NCBI RefSeq assembly: GCF_030144855.1
Contig: NC_082719.1
Location: forward strand, 51,770,001 to 51,834,000
From: Hypanus sabinus
Taxonomy: Eukaryota
Direction of reading: 5' to 3'
DNA length: 64,000 nt
In this document: positions 40,026 through 52,885 of the stretch, piece by piece
Layout: each line of letters starts with the position of its first letter
Numbering within the stretch: the stretch's first letter is position 1
Position numbers and translations under genes: made by a program
Notes under the pieces: model-generated
What the model saw: the letters and a program-made list of their open reading frames with translations, nothing else
Database searches by the model: none
Told to the model about the DNA's origin: nothing

Positions 40026-40763
40026 TCCAAATAGGAATGTTTCGAGGGATATGGGCCAAATATAGGCAAATGGGACTAGCTTGGATGGGCATCTTGATTA
40101 GCCTGGACCAGTTGGGCCAAAGGGCTGGTTCCAAGTTGTATGCCTGTATTGTCTTGAATGATAAATAAAGTATAAAACAGATATAAAGAAGGACATGGAT
40201 GAAGTTCAGCTACTTTATTATAACATGATTACAAGATCACCACTCCCTATTCTCCACCACCCACCCACTTGGCTTTCACAAACATTCAAAATGCTTCTGG
40301 AATAATAAGACAGGTTTAAAATAAACAAATTTAAACTAAATTAAGTTGGAAGTCTACTTACTCACATTGCAGTAGCTTCCTCTTATTGATTTCAATAGAA
40401 CCACTGTACTTGCATCAGATATGATCTGGCACAGATTCAATAGACAGCTGAACCCCACAAACAGTCCAATGGTGCAGTAGAAGTTCCAAGAGCCTACACT
40501 TAACTGCAGGGAAATTCTACTCAGTTAAGTGGTTGAATGATGAGATTATTAATACTACATCTTAACTGGCTTGACCTATTGTCTTCTTTTGTTTTCTTCT
40601 TGGGACACCTTATTGCTACTGTTGTAATGTTGTTTTATTTAGCTTTTTCACAGCCTGGGATGAGGGTGGTTAGGAGGATGGAGATATCACACAGGAATGT
40701 TTACTGTAAGTGTGGAGTGAAACAGTTCAAGTATTACTGAACCCACTAGTTTATTTTTGTCAC

Positions 40764-40976
40764 TGATGCACCATCAATAACTCTGAGACATATGGCGAGA
40801 TATCGGCTTTTATTGACTGGAAGAAGGAACAAGCAGTGAGTGACCACCATACTACATCCTGGAGACTGAGAGGCTGGGCTCAGGCATTGATCGCCTTTAT
40901 ACAGGGGTCAGTGGGAGGAGCCACAGGAGCAGTCAGCAGGGGGGCGTGTCCAGACAGGTATATGTAGTTCACCACA
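40764..40976 (-). mobile_element. Short solo LTR (213 bp), same family as 38909-39102, inverted
   Basis: Reverse complement aligns end to end with 38909-39102; own 5-bp TSD GTCAC (40759-40763, 40977-40981). Confidence 0.9.
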
Positions 40977-41408
40977 GTCACAGAAATTCATCTTGTAGCA
41001 TTTTCTAGAAACAAAAACAGACAATACTGGAAACATACAGCAGATGATGCAGCATTTGTGGAAAAAGAAACAGCATCACTATAAGTGTTACCTAATCTGT
41101 TGAGTTTCGAGGACTTTGCAGGTTTTGAGCATCTGCTGATTTCTATTTTTGTTTAAAATTTGCTTGCTGTTCTTCCCTGTCCATGTATCCTTGAACAAAG
41201 GATTTTAGTAAGAGGTTAATTTAACCTATTATGAAAATAATTGTGTTTTCAGCAGCTCTTCGACTATATGTGTATTTATAAGTTTCTTTCATTTACGGTT
41301 TAAAGTTGTAAGAAACAAAAGTTTCATAATATGGAATAAATTCAAATTATAGACATATTGATTGATTTTGTGGCAGTCAGTGGAATCTAATTCATTTCTG
41401 ATGTTTAG

Positions 41409-41558
41409 AATAATGGTTTTGTCAAGATACCCTATCATCCAGTCCAAGCACCACTGTCTTCCATCTCCACAAGGAGAGATTGCTCCTGCCATTTCAATGA
41501 CAGTCAACATTTCAGGAAACCTTGTGGATTTGGTTGTTGCTCACTTTGGCAATGATCA
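41409..41558 (+). CDS. CWH43: CWH43 coding exon H
   Basis: gtttag| ... GATCA|gtaagt; 150 nt; [50 protein letters not shown]. Confidence 0.97.
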
Positions 41559-41975
41559 GTAAGTGAACATTTCTCAATTTATCTATGAATTGTCAGTTAA
41601 TAATTTAAGTGTTTTCCTTATTTATAATTTTGCTGGTCTTTCAATGCATTGTTACATATTCATTTTTTAAAGTTTTATACTCTGCATATTATTGTCTGAA
41701 ACAATCTTTCCTGATATTATTTGTTACTGATCTGGTTCATATCGTGTATCACTAGATACACTGAAGGCCAGAAATGGAGGAGTGCGGAAATTTCAGAATA
41801 TTGTATGAATGGAGGATACTTTGGAGATATGAGGCCAAGAGGCACTGGAAAATGAGGATCAGGAAAATGAATAGTGGAGAATATTATGTTTATAAATATT
41901 CTGTTTATAAAGGTTCACTTTTTAACAACACAGTTGTTTTTGTATTATTAAGTTTCTTCAATTTGCTTTCATCAG

Positions 41976-42120
41976 GGATGATTTAGACAGGAAGTTGCAG
42001 GCAGAGTATGTTTCTAATATACTGAAGAATATCACACAACCTGTTGTATTTTTGGGTTACATTACTTCTGAACCTGGCTCCAGAGATTACCAACAGCTTC
42101 AGAATATTGGAAACGTAAAG
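41976..42120 (+). CDS. CWH43: CWH43 coding exon I
   Basis: atcag| ... AAG|gtaaga; 145 nt; [48 protein letters not shown]. Confidence 0.97.
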
Positions 42121-43169
42121 GTAAGATGATGTTCATAAAAATGAATGAAATATAAAGCATTGCATTATTCTATCCTAAACTTTAACTTTCATATTTACTC
42201 AATAGCCTCATCTAGAAAGGCTGCATTTAGTAGCCTTGGTTCAGATGTGTTACTTGTGTATATTAAGCCAAATCTATCAAATTAGTATATCTTGGAAGTA
42301 AAAGTGCCAATGATTCTGTAGTATAAAATGAGTTCTCCTTTGTTCATAGAAACTTGTTGTAAGCCTATATGATCAATTAATAGTTTGGATATTTTCAATG
42401 TCTGTTTTGTAAATTGTCCCAAATCCACTGATTTATTTTTTTTTGACGGTCAATAAGCCAGGGACACTGACTTACTGGACTGTTAGAGCAGATAAGGGGA
42501 CAGAAAAATGGCTGCAAGTCAAACCTTTTCTTCATTTCATAGATTCTTCCTATCCAAGTTCTTCCAGTTTCTGTTTCACATTTCCAGCATCTACAAATTC
42601 ATGTTGTAAATATAATACATAATTTTATTGGAGTGAAATTCTGATCTTGGGTAACAAAACGCTGGTAAAGAAGTTCAACCATATAGAAGATGGTTCTGCT
42701 TAGTTGTGTGATTGAATTGTAAATTGATTGCCTGGGTATGAACAGTTTTGCACACATTTGCAGAGTGAAATATTTATTCATACTTTTCTTGGTGTATGAC
42801 TTGATTCTGCCTAACAGTTAATATTTCAATTTGAAAGATGCAACTTTCTGTTTCTGTTTTGGACTTCAGCCATCTTCTTGGTCCCGCTTGGGATGGAGTA
42901 AATTATTCATGCTCAGAATTTCTACAATTTGCTGAAATAAATCATGTATCATTAACATCAGCATCTGTAAAGGGTCAGCTAAAATTGTGGGAGCATCCTT
43001 TATCAAAACTTAATAAGGGGCTTAAAGTTATGAAATTCATAGAAGAGGATGGAGAATACATATTTTTAAAATGGCAGAAGTGAACAAGTTTAATTTTTTA
43101 ATATGTATCAAGAATTAATAAATACATGCTGTTCCAAGGATCTATTAGGAGAATGAAGAAAGTATGTAG

Positions 43170-43640
43170 AATGTGGAACATAGAATAGTACAGCACAGCA
43201 CAGGAAGAGGCCCAGCAGCCTACAGAACTAATTAAGTCACTGATGCCTGATTACTTTTGCCAGCACATGCTCCATATCTCTCCCTTCCCTGCACGTTCAT
43301 GTCCCTATCCAAGACACCTCCATCCTAACTGCTTCCACCACCACCTCTGACAATACATTCTGGCCACACTTCATATTCTTTCCTTTCAAAAAAACTACTT
43401 GCCTTGTACATCTCCTTGGAACCCAAACCCATCCCCCCCAATTCCTTAAATGCATGTCCTCCAATGTTAAACATTTCAACCATGGAGAAGTTGTTACTGG
43501 CTAACTACCTGTGCCTCCCATTATTTTATAACCCTATCAGGTTTCTCCCAGCATCTGCTTCTCCAGAGAAAACAACCCTGGTCTGTCCAACCTCTCTTTG
43601 TATCCCATATCCTCTGATCCAGGCAGCCTCCGCGTCCTTC
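43170..43640 (-). mobile_element. Decayed CR1 3' end
   Basis: CR1-type tail (atagaatagtacagcacag...) and ORF2 C-terminal remnant. Confidence 0.6.
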
Positions 43641-43769
43641 TTTAAAAGGCAAGTCTGCTGTGCACGAGGGAAATATTTGATATGCTTATGAATAAGTTAG
43701 TTATGTTGCTGACTGTAAAAGTACTAACACAAGATATCTGGAGTAAATATATCAATCTCTTTCCTTTAG

Positions 43770-43831
43770 GACATAGATCAAAGTGATCAACAAAGATGGT
43801 GCGAGTACATCATGTATCGTGGACTTATAAG
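43770..43831 (+). CDS. CWH43: CWH43 coding exon J
   Basis: ctttag| ... AAG|gttagt; 62 nt; [21 protein letters not shown]. Confidence 0.96.
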
Positions 43832-46534
43832 GTTAGTTTCATTATTTTGGTATAAATCATGATAATTTTATCTAGTAAAATAACAATAATAATAGATATT
43901 TAAGCATCGGCATGATTTCTAAAATTCATGGCATAACATGTTAGATTGAATCCATCTGTGGCACATGTGATCAGTCTTCAATCTATGGATGGCAGCTGTG
44001 TTTTTATCCAGAAGAATTTCCATTGGGGAGAACTGGCATAATAGCTTGTTAGTACTGCTCAAAAACTTAACCTAAACATTTTGTATAAGTAGGGTTACTT
44101 TCTTTTTCCAAATTGCGTTTACAAATATTTACAACATGATTTATACCCATGCTTATCTTTCCGCATATTTTCCTAAGAAATGTTTGAGATTTAGATCTGC
44201 TTTCATGAAAGGCTTGTGAAATTTCAATGAAGCAGACACATTGGAAAATTTGTGTGTCATTCATATCCAATCCATTAGGTTTGTATTTGTTCCAGCTATG
44301 CTGCCTTACTTTTGGGTTAGTGTAGAAAGAACGCTATTTTTTTTCCTCATCTGTGAAACTACAGTGGTGTAGGAGCAACTCCCAGAGTGACTGCTGCTGT
44401 GATAGAAAAGTATATTTCAGCAACAGGAAGGTTACCTTTCAGTTTTGCATTTCAGTGAAAAGGTTGGGTTACAGAAGGCTCAACAAATGAAATGTTGGAG
44501 CATACCTTTTCACCAATTATTTCTATTTTAGTTTGGGAAGAATGGTGCTTCCTCCATTCTTATGCAGAAAATTGCATTAAAGGATAGTTCCACAAGATGG
44601 TGGTGTTCTCTGCTTTTCATCTTTAGAGACTGAGTAACATCAATCATTCCTGCAGATCGTCTTCAGGATGTGTGCAGGCAATGGTGATTTTTATCTCTGT
44701 ATAGCAGCCACTACGCTAACTATTCTATTTTATTAAACACAAAATATTACACAAATAACAAACTATTTCAGGTCATCAACCCTTGCAGTTTTCTTCACAA
44801 CACTGAAGGTGCACATTCATTTAAAAAAGAAATTCCTCTAACATAACTTGTTGCTACCTCTTGCAGAAGCATTTCTTATTATTTTGTCTCAGTTTATATT
44901 GTCATACAGATGGGAAACCCTATCTTCAGGATACACTGCTAGAACTAGAAACTACTCCGGCCCCACCCAGCAGGTGGTCAACCACAGCACTTCTGTAACA
45001 CTACTCCCAGCTGGCTAGTAGCTCACAAATCCTTCTCCCTGATCTTTACTCAGAACATCTTTTCTACCTCAGAACTTATTAACTGCAGGATATCATCCTG
45101 GAAACACTTCTGAAGCTGAGAAAAACAACATTTGCAACAGGAAATCACAGCACATTCATCAGCATCCATTTTGGGGAACATTTAATTACTGAAGGAGCTG
45201 CATTCAATATTTTAATGTATATTTTAACTTTCCCCAGTTGCCAATGCTGACCTATCAACTATATTTTCTTTACACTGGCATCTTGAAACATTAGAAAGTG
45301 TCCCAACTATGTAGAATTGCAACAGCAGCATGAAATAAACCAGCAGGTAATCTGCAAAAAGGTTGATTCTTTTTAAAAAGTACAGGAAGTGGAACTTTTG
45401 TCCTGAACAGCTGAGTAAGTGTTTGCTGGAATGTAGAGTATGAAAATAACAATATTGATGAAACAAGTAACAAATCACTTTATCTGACTCTTCTGCATTG
45501 GATGTTTGGGTGAGTTCAGGTGAATTTTTTTTAACCAAAATGGCACCCATCATTCGTCAGTCAGGAGTACTCACATACCATGCATGACTTTTTAGAAATC
45601 TGATATAATATCAGTGCTCCTGGGCACACCTCACCTCACCCACCCCTTGCTCGCTCTTTCTCTCTGTCTCTCAAAGACTCATATTTTTGTCCTTCTAATT
45701 TCTCTCTGCACCTTTCCATATCATATTTTCCATTCTTTGCTCCTTTAACACTTTATTTCTGAGCTCTCAGACTTCCCTATTCTCTATTCCTTTTCTCAGC
45801 ATATGACTCTGGTACAATTTCTCCCCGCACCCCCCTCCCCCATCATCACTTTATTTTCCAACGTGTTACTTTTGCACAATTTTTCTCTTTATCTATATAA
45901 TTTGATTATCTATTTTCTTACCATTCGTAAGGATGCCATTTTGTGAATCTCACAACAATTGACCATTTAGGGGGCTGATATGTAATAACTGTGATAACCA
46001 GTTCACAAAGGGGATACTGGAGTTGACAGGAAATGGCATACAAAGTCACTTTAGATGGAAGGGAATGAGGGTGAAGTTCTTTTCACCTTAACAGCAAAGG
46101 AGGGGAAAAGGCTAAGACCTCTGGTATATTTGGTGTAAGTAGGAAAGAACTTGTGGGATCATGAGTTCTTCAAATAATTTTCATCTTTTGTTTCTATAAG
46201 TTCTCCCATTTGTATTTTTGTTTAAATATTTTATAGCGGTTATTGATGAAGACTATTGATGGGACTTTGAACTGGTTCACAGTGACACATGGTGGCCTCT
46301 GTCTGCAATTGCAGGCAGCAGCCAACAGCTTATCTACGAATTACTATTATCATGAATCAGGTATATTTTTAATGTGATCTTTAGCACTCTGAACCCCTTC
46401 TGGATGTAAATAAAAGATAAATGATACCTGTCAAATATGATTTCTATTGACTAAGCATAGAATTTCTAAATAAAAAACAGAAAATATTGGCAAAACACAA
46501 GTCAGGTGGTGAAAGAAACAGCTAACATTTCAGT

Positions 46535-47207
46535 GTAAGCCCCAGATAGTCCTTTCAGGTGAGGCACTTCACCTGCGAGTCAACTGGGGTGATATACTGT
46601 ATCCGGTGCTCCCGATGTGGCCATTTATACATTGGGGAGACCCGCCGCAGACTGGGAGACCGTTTCTCCGAACACCGGCGCTCAGTCCTCCAGCAGTGGC
46701 GGGATCTCCCTGTGGCCACACACTTAAATTCCACAGACCACTCCCACTCCAATATGTCTGTCCATGGCCTCCTCTACCGTCAAGATGGGACCACACGCAG
46801 GTTGATGGAGCAATACCTTATCTTCTGCCTAGGTAGCCTTCTACCTGCCGGCATGAACATTCAACTCACAGACCTCTGTTGATACCCCTGCCCCCCCTTA
46901 CCCCATCCCTATCTATAATTTTAGTCTGGTTCTCTTTCTCTCTCTTTTCCTCCCCCACTATAATCTCCCCCCAGCCCTACCTTTCTTTCTCTTTTATTTC
47001 CCATAATTCTCCACCTTCCCCCAGCCCATTTCCCTTCAGCCTATCACTTCCCAGCTCTCTACTTCATCCCTCCCCCCACTTCTTATCCCCCCTCGACCAT
47101 CCCATGTTACTTCACTCCTGTTGAAGGGTTTTGGCCCAAAACATCGTCACTACCTCCTCCCATAGATGCTGTCCGGCCTGCTGAGTTCTGCTAGCATTTT
47201 GTGTTTT
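46535..47207 (+). mobile_element. Penelope-like element, 5'-truncated GIY-YIG domain plus terminus
   Basis: RHFTCESTGVIYCIRCSRCGHLYIGETRRRLGDRFSEH...LPVATHLNS; tail with mutated hammerhead at 47118-47145; possible short TSD TTTCAG. Confidence 0.92.
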
Positions 47208-47223
47208 TTTCAGGTTGGTGTTC

Positions 47224-47257
47224 CCAGTTCTGATGAAAGATCTGAAATATCAATTGG
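47224..47257 (+). ncRNA. Minimal type I hammerhead ribozyme motif with intact core
   Basis: Stem I CCAGTT/AATTGG (6 bp, one G-U), CTGATGA, short stem II AAGATCT, GAAA, palindromic ATAT stem III, cleavage triplet AUC ending at 47251. Confidence 0.55.
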
Positions 47258-47581
47258 TTTATTACAGATGTACAGCACCTACAGTAGTTTAATTTTTCTA
47301 TTATAATCTTCTTATCTGCTTTGAATAGAACACATGCAGAGCATCTAGTTATTGATGAAAGACGAGCAATTTAGGAAAGTGATATGCATTGTATATGCAA
47401 TTTCAGTAGCAGATGTTCTGGATATTACTGCTAATTGAATAAAGCTACAACTATATTGAATGGAAAATTCCAGACACTGCCTCAGTTATTCTACTGATAT
47501 AAGAATTCAAATCTGACAACATTCACTTTCTGCATTTGGTGTTCCTGTGAGTTAATTAATCCATTTTATTTTCCTTTTACG

Positions 47582-49220
47582 TAAGAAACATAAGAAATAG
47601 CAGGAGTAGGCCATCTGGCCAATCGAGCCTGCCTCACCATTCAATAAGATCACGGCTGATCTAGCCATGGATTTATCTCCATCTACCTGCCTTTAAACCA
47701 TAAACCCTTAATTCCGCTACTTTGCAAAATTCTATTCAACCTTGTCTTAAATATATTTACTGAGGTAGCCTCCCCTGCTTCATTGGGCAGGGCATTCCAC
47801 AGAATCACCACACTCTGGAAAAAGCAGTTCCTCCTCATCTCTGTCCTACAATATACTCCCCCAAATATTAAGGCCATGTTCCCTAGTTCTAGTCTCACCT
47901 ATCAGTGGAAACAACTTTCCTGCCTCTATCTTATCTATCCCTTTCATAATTTTATATATTTCTAGAAGATCTCCTCTTATTCTTCTGAATTCCAGTGAGT
48001 ACAGTCCCAGACTTCTCAATCTCTCTTCATAGTCTAGTCCCTTCATCTCTGGAATCAACCTGGTGAACCTCATTTGCACCACTTCCAAACCCAGTATATC
48101 CTTCCTCAAGTAAGGAGACTAGAACTGCATGCAATACTCCAGGTGCAGCCTCACCAGTAGGCTGTACAATTGCAGCATAACCTCCCTGCTTTTAAATTCA
48201 ATCCTTCTAGCAATGAAGGCCAACATTCCATTTGCCTTCTTGATAGCCTACTGAACCTGCAAACCAACCTTTTGTGATTCATGCACAAGCACTCCCAAGT
48301 CCCTCTGCACAGCAGCACGCTACAGCTTTCTACCATTTAAATCTGCTCTTTCATTTTTCCTTCCAAAGTGGATGACCTAGCATTTAACAACATTGTACTC
48401 CATCTTACACACCCTTGCCCACTCACTTAACCTATCTATATTTTACTGCAGACTCTCCATATCTTATGCACAATTTAGTATCATGGGCAAACTTAGATAC
48501 ATTATACTCCATCTCCTCTTCCAGATAGTTAATGTATATCGTGAACAGTTGAGGGCCAACCATCGACCCCTACTGCACACCGCTCACCACTGATTGCCAA
48601 CCAGAGTAACACCCATATATCCCAACTCTCCGTTTTCTATTAGTAAACCAATCCTCTATCTAAGCTAATACATTACCCCCAACTCTATGCATTTTCAACT
48701 TATTGGTAGGTCTTTAATGCAGCACCTTATCGAATGTCTTCTGGAAATCCAAGTAAATAATGTCCATCTGCTCCCCTCCATCCACTGCTCTCATTATATC
48801 CTCAAAGAACTCCCAGTAAGTTTGTCAAACAGGACCTGCCTTTGCTGAATCCATGCTGTGTCTGTCTGATGGATCCATTTCTTTCCAGATGCCTTGCTAT
48901 TTCTTTTTTATGGATAGTTTCAAACATTTTCTCAACTACAGATGTTAAACTAACTATCTTATAGTTAGTTACCTGTCTTTTGCCTACTTCCTTTCTGAAC
49001 AGTGGCATGACATTCGCCGTCTTCCAATCCGGAAGGGCCTGCCCAGAGTCCAGAGAATTTTGGTAAATTATCACCAAAGCCTTCTGCCATTTCTTTCAGT
49101 ACCCTGGGATGCATTCCATCAGGACCAGGGGCTTGTCTATCTTCAGGCTCACAAGTTTGCTCAGCACTACTTCTTTAGTGATAGCTATTGTACCGAGGTT
49201 CTCACCTCCTATCACATCCA
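47582..49220 (-). mobile_element. CR1 LINE, 5'-truncated RT region
   Basis: IYQNSLDSG....DWKTANVMPLF, QHGFSKGRSCLTNLL, LRKDILGLEVVQMRFTRLIPEMKGLDYEERL. Confidence 0.92.
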
Positions 49221-49224
49221 TTAA

Positions 49225-50520
49225 TTTTAAATTTATTATCACTGATTTATGTCTCCTGAAATTTGTTGATTTGTGGCAACAGTACAATGCAAAGACATAA
49301 ACATCTATATATCTCAAAATTAAATAGTGCAAAGAGAAGGAAATGTCCAAGGTAGTTCATGGAATGTTCAGAAATCTGTTTGCAGCGGGAAAGTAACTGT
49401 TCTTGAATCACTAAGTGTGAGTCTTCAGGCTCCTGTACCTCCTCTCTGATGGTGGGAATGAGAAGTGGGCATATCCCATATGATGAGGGTCCTTAGTGTT
49501 GGATGTCACCTTCTTAAGACACAGTCTCTTGAAGATGTTCTTGATGGTGAGGAGGGTTGTGCCTATGATGGAGCTGCTGAGTCTATAACCCATGCAGCCT
49601 CTTGCATTGGAGGCTCCACACCAGCTTGTGATGTGACCAATCGGGATGCTCTCCACTGCACATCAATTTTAATTTGTAATCCTTTAGCGAAATACCAAAT
49701 CTCCTCAAACTTCTAGCAATCATAAAGAAGGCTAGTGTGCCTTCTTCATGATTGTATCAATGTGTTGAGATCAGACTGGATCTACTAAGAAGTTGACACC
49801 CAGGAACTTTGTTTATCTTTTTGACTTCTGACAACTCAATGAGGACTGCTGTGTGTGTACCCAGCTTGTTCTTCCTGACATCCACAGTCACTTCCTTGGT
49901 CTTGCTGATGTTGAGTGAGATGGGTTGTTTTTTTTCTACACCAGGCAAGCATCTAATTTATGACAGATCAGATCCGTATGACTGCTTGTTTAAAAACAAG
50001 TGGTAAGTATTCTTGACGATGGTGTAATTGCAATTGAGTTTGTTGGTTCCCATAGTTCTGCAGATGACATGTTGGTGAGATTTGACAGAGACTTATTCAG
50101 GCTAGCCTGGTGGAAGTTTCCTGTGATGATCGAGAAGGCATTAGGATGCACTGACTTACGACTGTTGATTATGGTGCTCAGCTCCTCCAGTGCCAGCTTG
50201 ATATCTGCCAGCGTGGAATGTGCACTGCCAGACTGATGGTGGAGAATCCACTCAACAGGTAGAACAGGTGACACTCGACCGCCAGATGTTCCAGGTCAGG
50301 GAAGTGGGGCTATGATATGGTGCACATATGTCCACCATGGTTAGTTACTCGTGAAGCAGATGACTCTGTCTTGATGCCACCATCCTGTCCATGCAATGGA
50401 GAATTGTGCAGTCTTGTTCCAAGGCCTTCAGTTTTATTTTCAAGAGATTATACATTTGCCAGGAGGATGGAAGGGCCCAGGGCCCAGGGCTTCAGTTTTA
50501 CCTGGATGGCTTTCACCTTC
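49225..50520 (-). mobile_element. Rex1/Babar LINE with internal deletions (APE plus 3' end)
   Basis: ALEELSTIINS...HPNAFSIITG.F..ASL; SLNISKTKEV.VD.RK; ITSWCG. Confidence 0.8.
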
Positions 50521-51459
50521 TAATTCTACTCCTGCCATGGACATTTATTTTTCTCTTGTTGACTCCTTAAGGATTTTGCTTCCCTCCTCTCAGAACCTGG
50601 AGAACTGAAACTCATTCTCTAATTCTGATTACTAAAGAATTTACAGACTTTTGATAATTAAGTGGTGATCAGCTATCTTCTGACAGCAATGAGCTGATTG
50701 GATTCTGAGGAATAGATGGCACTTTGGAAGCCTGATTTTGATGATAGATTGATTGGTATATTTTTGTCTGATGGCAGCTGACTCTCAGTGTAGCTTGGTG
50801 TGATTTCTGATAGCTATTTATCCGCAAATTGGTGAAATGATGGACTTTCTACTCCATGTAAAAAGAATGATTTTATTCCTCTCCATTGGATTCTTTCAAT
50901 AGATAAGCTTGTCGACTGTCAGTTTAGTATTGTTTATGCATTTTAATTAATTTTTGATATATGATATGAATAAAATGTTCATGTGAAAATAGATTGACTA
51001 AGGTTTCAAAATCATTGTTTCTGAAGAAGTATTTGTGCATAATCAAATCTTGGGCATTTTGTTTTACTATTTATCCCTGACATCCAATCATAGTGGTTGA
51101 TAGAATGCTGTAAGACTGTTATTGATTGGAACAGCATTATAGAACAAGTTATTGCCTTCAGAACAGCAAGGGGAAAATGGACGAGGAAGACATGAGAAAA
51201 TAGTGGAAGGCTAAAAAAGTTATAAAATGGTGTACTTGAACATTCATCAAGTACTGAAACAAAAAGGATTATCCACTAAGGAAGAGGAAAACATTAAAAC
51301 ATTCTGAATTTCACATTTACTGTTCAATTCAGAAATGTTGAAGGACACTTCTAAAATTTGTCCTATTTGCCTTAACAGTTTTATCTGCATTACAGATTCA
51401 AATATATTTCAATTTTAAATAATTTTAATGATTTAGAAGAAAGAAGCAAATGTTTGTGG

Positions 51460-52240
51460 ATGATTTAGAAGTGGGTATACTGTAGGTAGAAGGCAAGCTT
51501 TGATGCGGATACAGTTTGTAAGATAAATATTAGATGAAGTGGGAAAATTTGACCCACATGGGAACATGTGAACTTCACTTTGGAAAATAGTGTGGGAAAA
51601 ATACGTTGTTGGAAAAAGACTGCAGAAATGTGCATCACAATGGGTTTGGGGGCCCTTGTGTATGAGACACAGAGCTGGCATACAGTTGCAGCTCAAAATG
51701 TAGCATTTACTCCAAAGAGGTTAGAGTATAAAAGTAGTAGAGTCTTATTACAGTTCTACAAGACACTAGTGAAGCCATATCTGCTGAGATCAGTTTATTC
51801 CCCTTTATTTAAGGAATGATATATCATCACTGGTGTCAATCCAAAGAAGGTTCAAGATATGGAGGAATTGTTTTTCGAGGAAAGAAAAACATGTTGGGTC
51901 TGTACTCATTAAAAAAATATAGATGAGAGGCAGTCTCAATGAAGCATGTATGATTTATAGGGAGATTGTTTAAATGTGGGAGGATGGCTTCATGAATGGG
52001 AGTGTCTAGGACCCAAAGGCACACACAGTTAAAGGGGCTACCTGTTTAACACTGAAATGGGAAAGAATTTCTTCCCTCAATAAGTTTTGAGTTCTTGGAA
52101 TTCCTTGTCACAGAAAGTTGTGGAGGATGAATCTTCAAAACAGATATTTAATTAGTAGGGGAATTAATCGGCAAGGATATGGGAAAGGGCAGAAAAATAG
52201 ATTTGAGGAAAGTTGAATTGGGCAATGATCTTATTGAATA
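51460..52240 (+). mobile_element. Old CR1 LINE 3' fragment
   Basis: RLEYKSSRVLLQFYKTLVKPYL; CR1 tail. Confidence 0.7.
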
Positions 52241-52885
52241 TATCAACTTTCTTTTGGTTTTATACAATAAAAGCAAAATTCAGAGTAAATATTGAGGAGT
52301 TTAGAAAGCAGTAAATTCTGAATAATTCAATTAAAATCAAGCCTTACTTTAGTATCAGCAGGATTAAAGAAGTGTAAGTATATGGAGATCACCCAGCTTT
52401 GAATATGCATGTCTACACTGTGCAAGGGCAATGCAGCTCACTGCCCAATCCATTCTTCATAGCCTTTTGCTTGCCAGTACTGATTCGGCTCCCTTTTGAA
52501 AACCATGATTGAATTTGTCACTAAATAATTGAAATCGGATTCTCTGCATTTCCAGAAGTTTAAAAAAAAAGAAATGACTAACTACCATTAAGAAACTTCA
52601 GCATTGCAATATATTTATTTGAAAAACAGATTGTATTGCTAAATGTTGAATGGTGATCTATACATTCAAAGCGGCATGTATTATAAGACCATAAGACATA
52701 GGAACAGAATTAGGCCATTCGGCCCATTGAGTTTGCTCCACCATTCCATCATAGCTGATTTATTTTCCGTCTCAACCCCATTCTCCTGCGCTCTCCCCAT
52801 AACCTTTGACACCCTTAGTAATCAAGAACCTATCAACCTCCGCCTAAAATATACCCGATGACTTGGCCTTCATACTCATCTGTGA

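Noticed and set aside
38909-40976. Inverted 200-bp repeats as TIRs of a single composite transposon
   Set aside because: Each repeat has its own different 5-bp TSD plus TG...CA ends, TATA and poly(A) signals, so they are independent solo LTRs.
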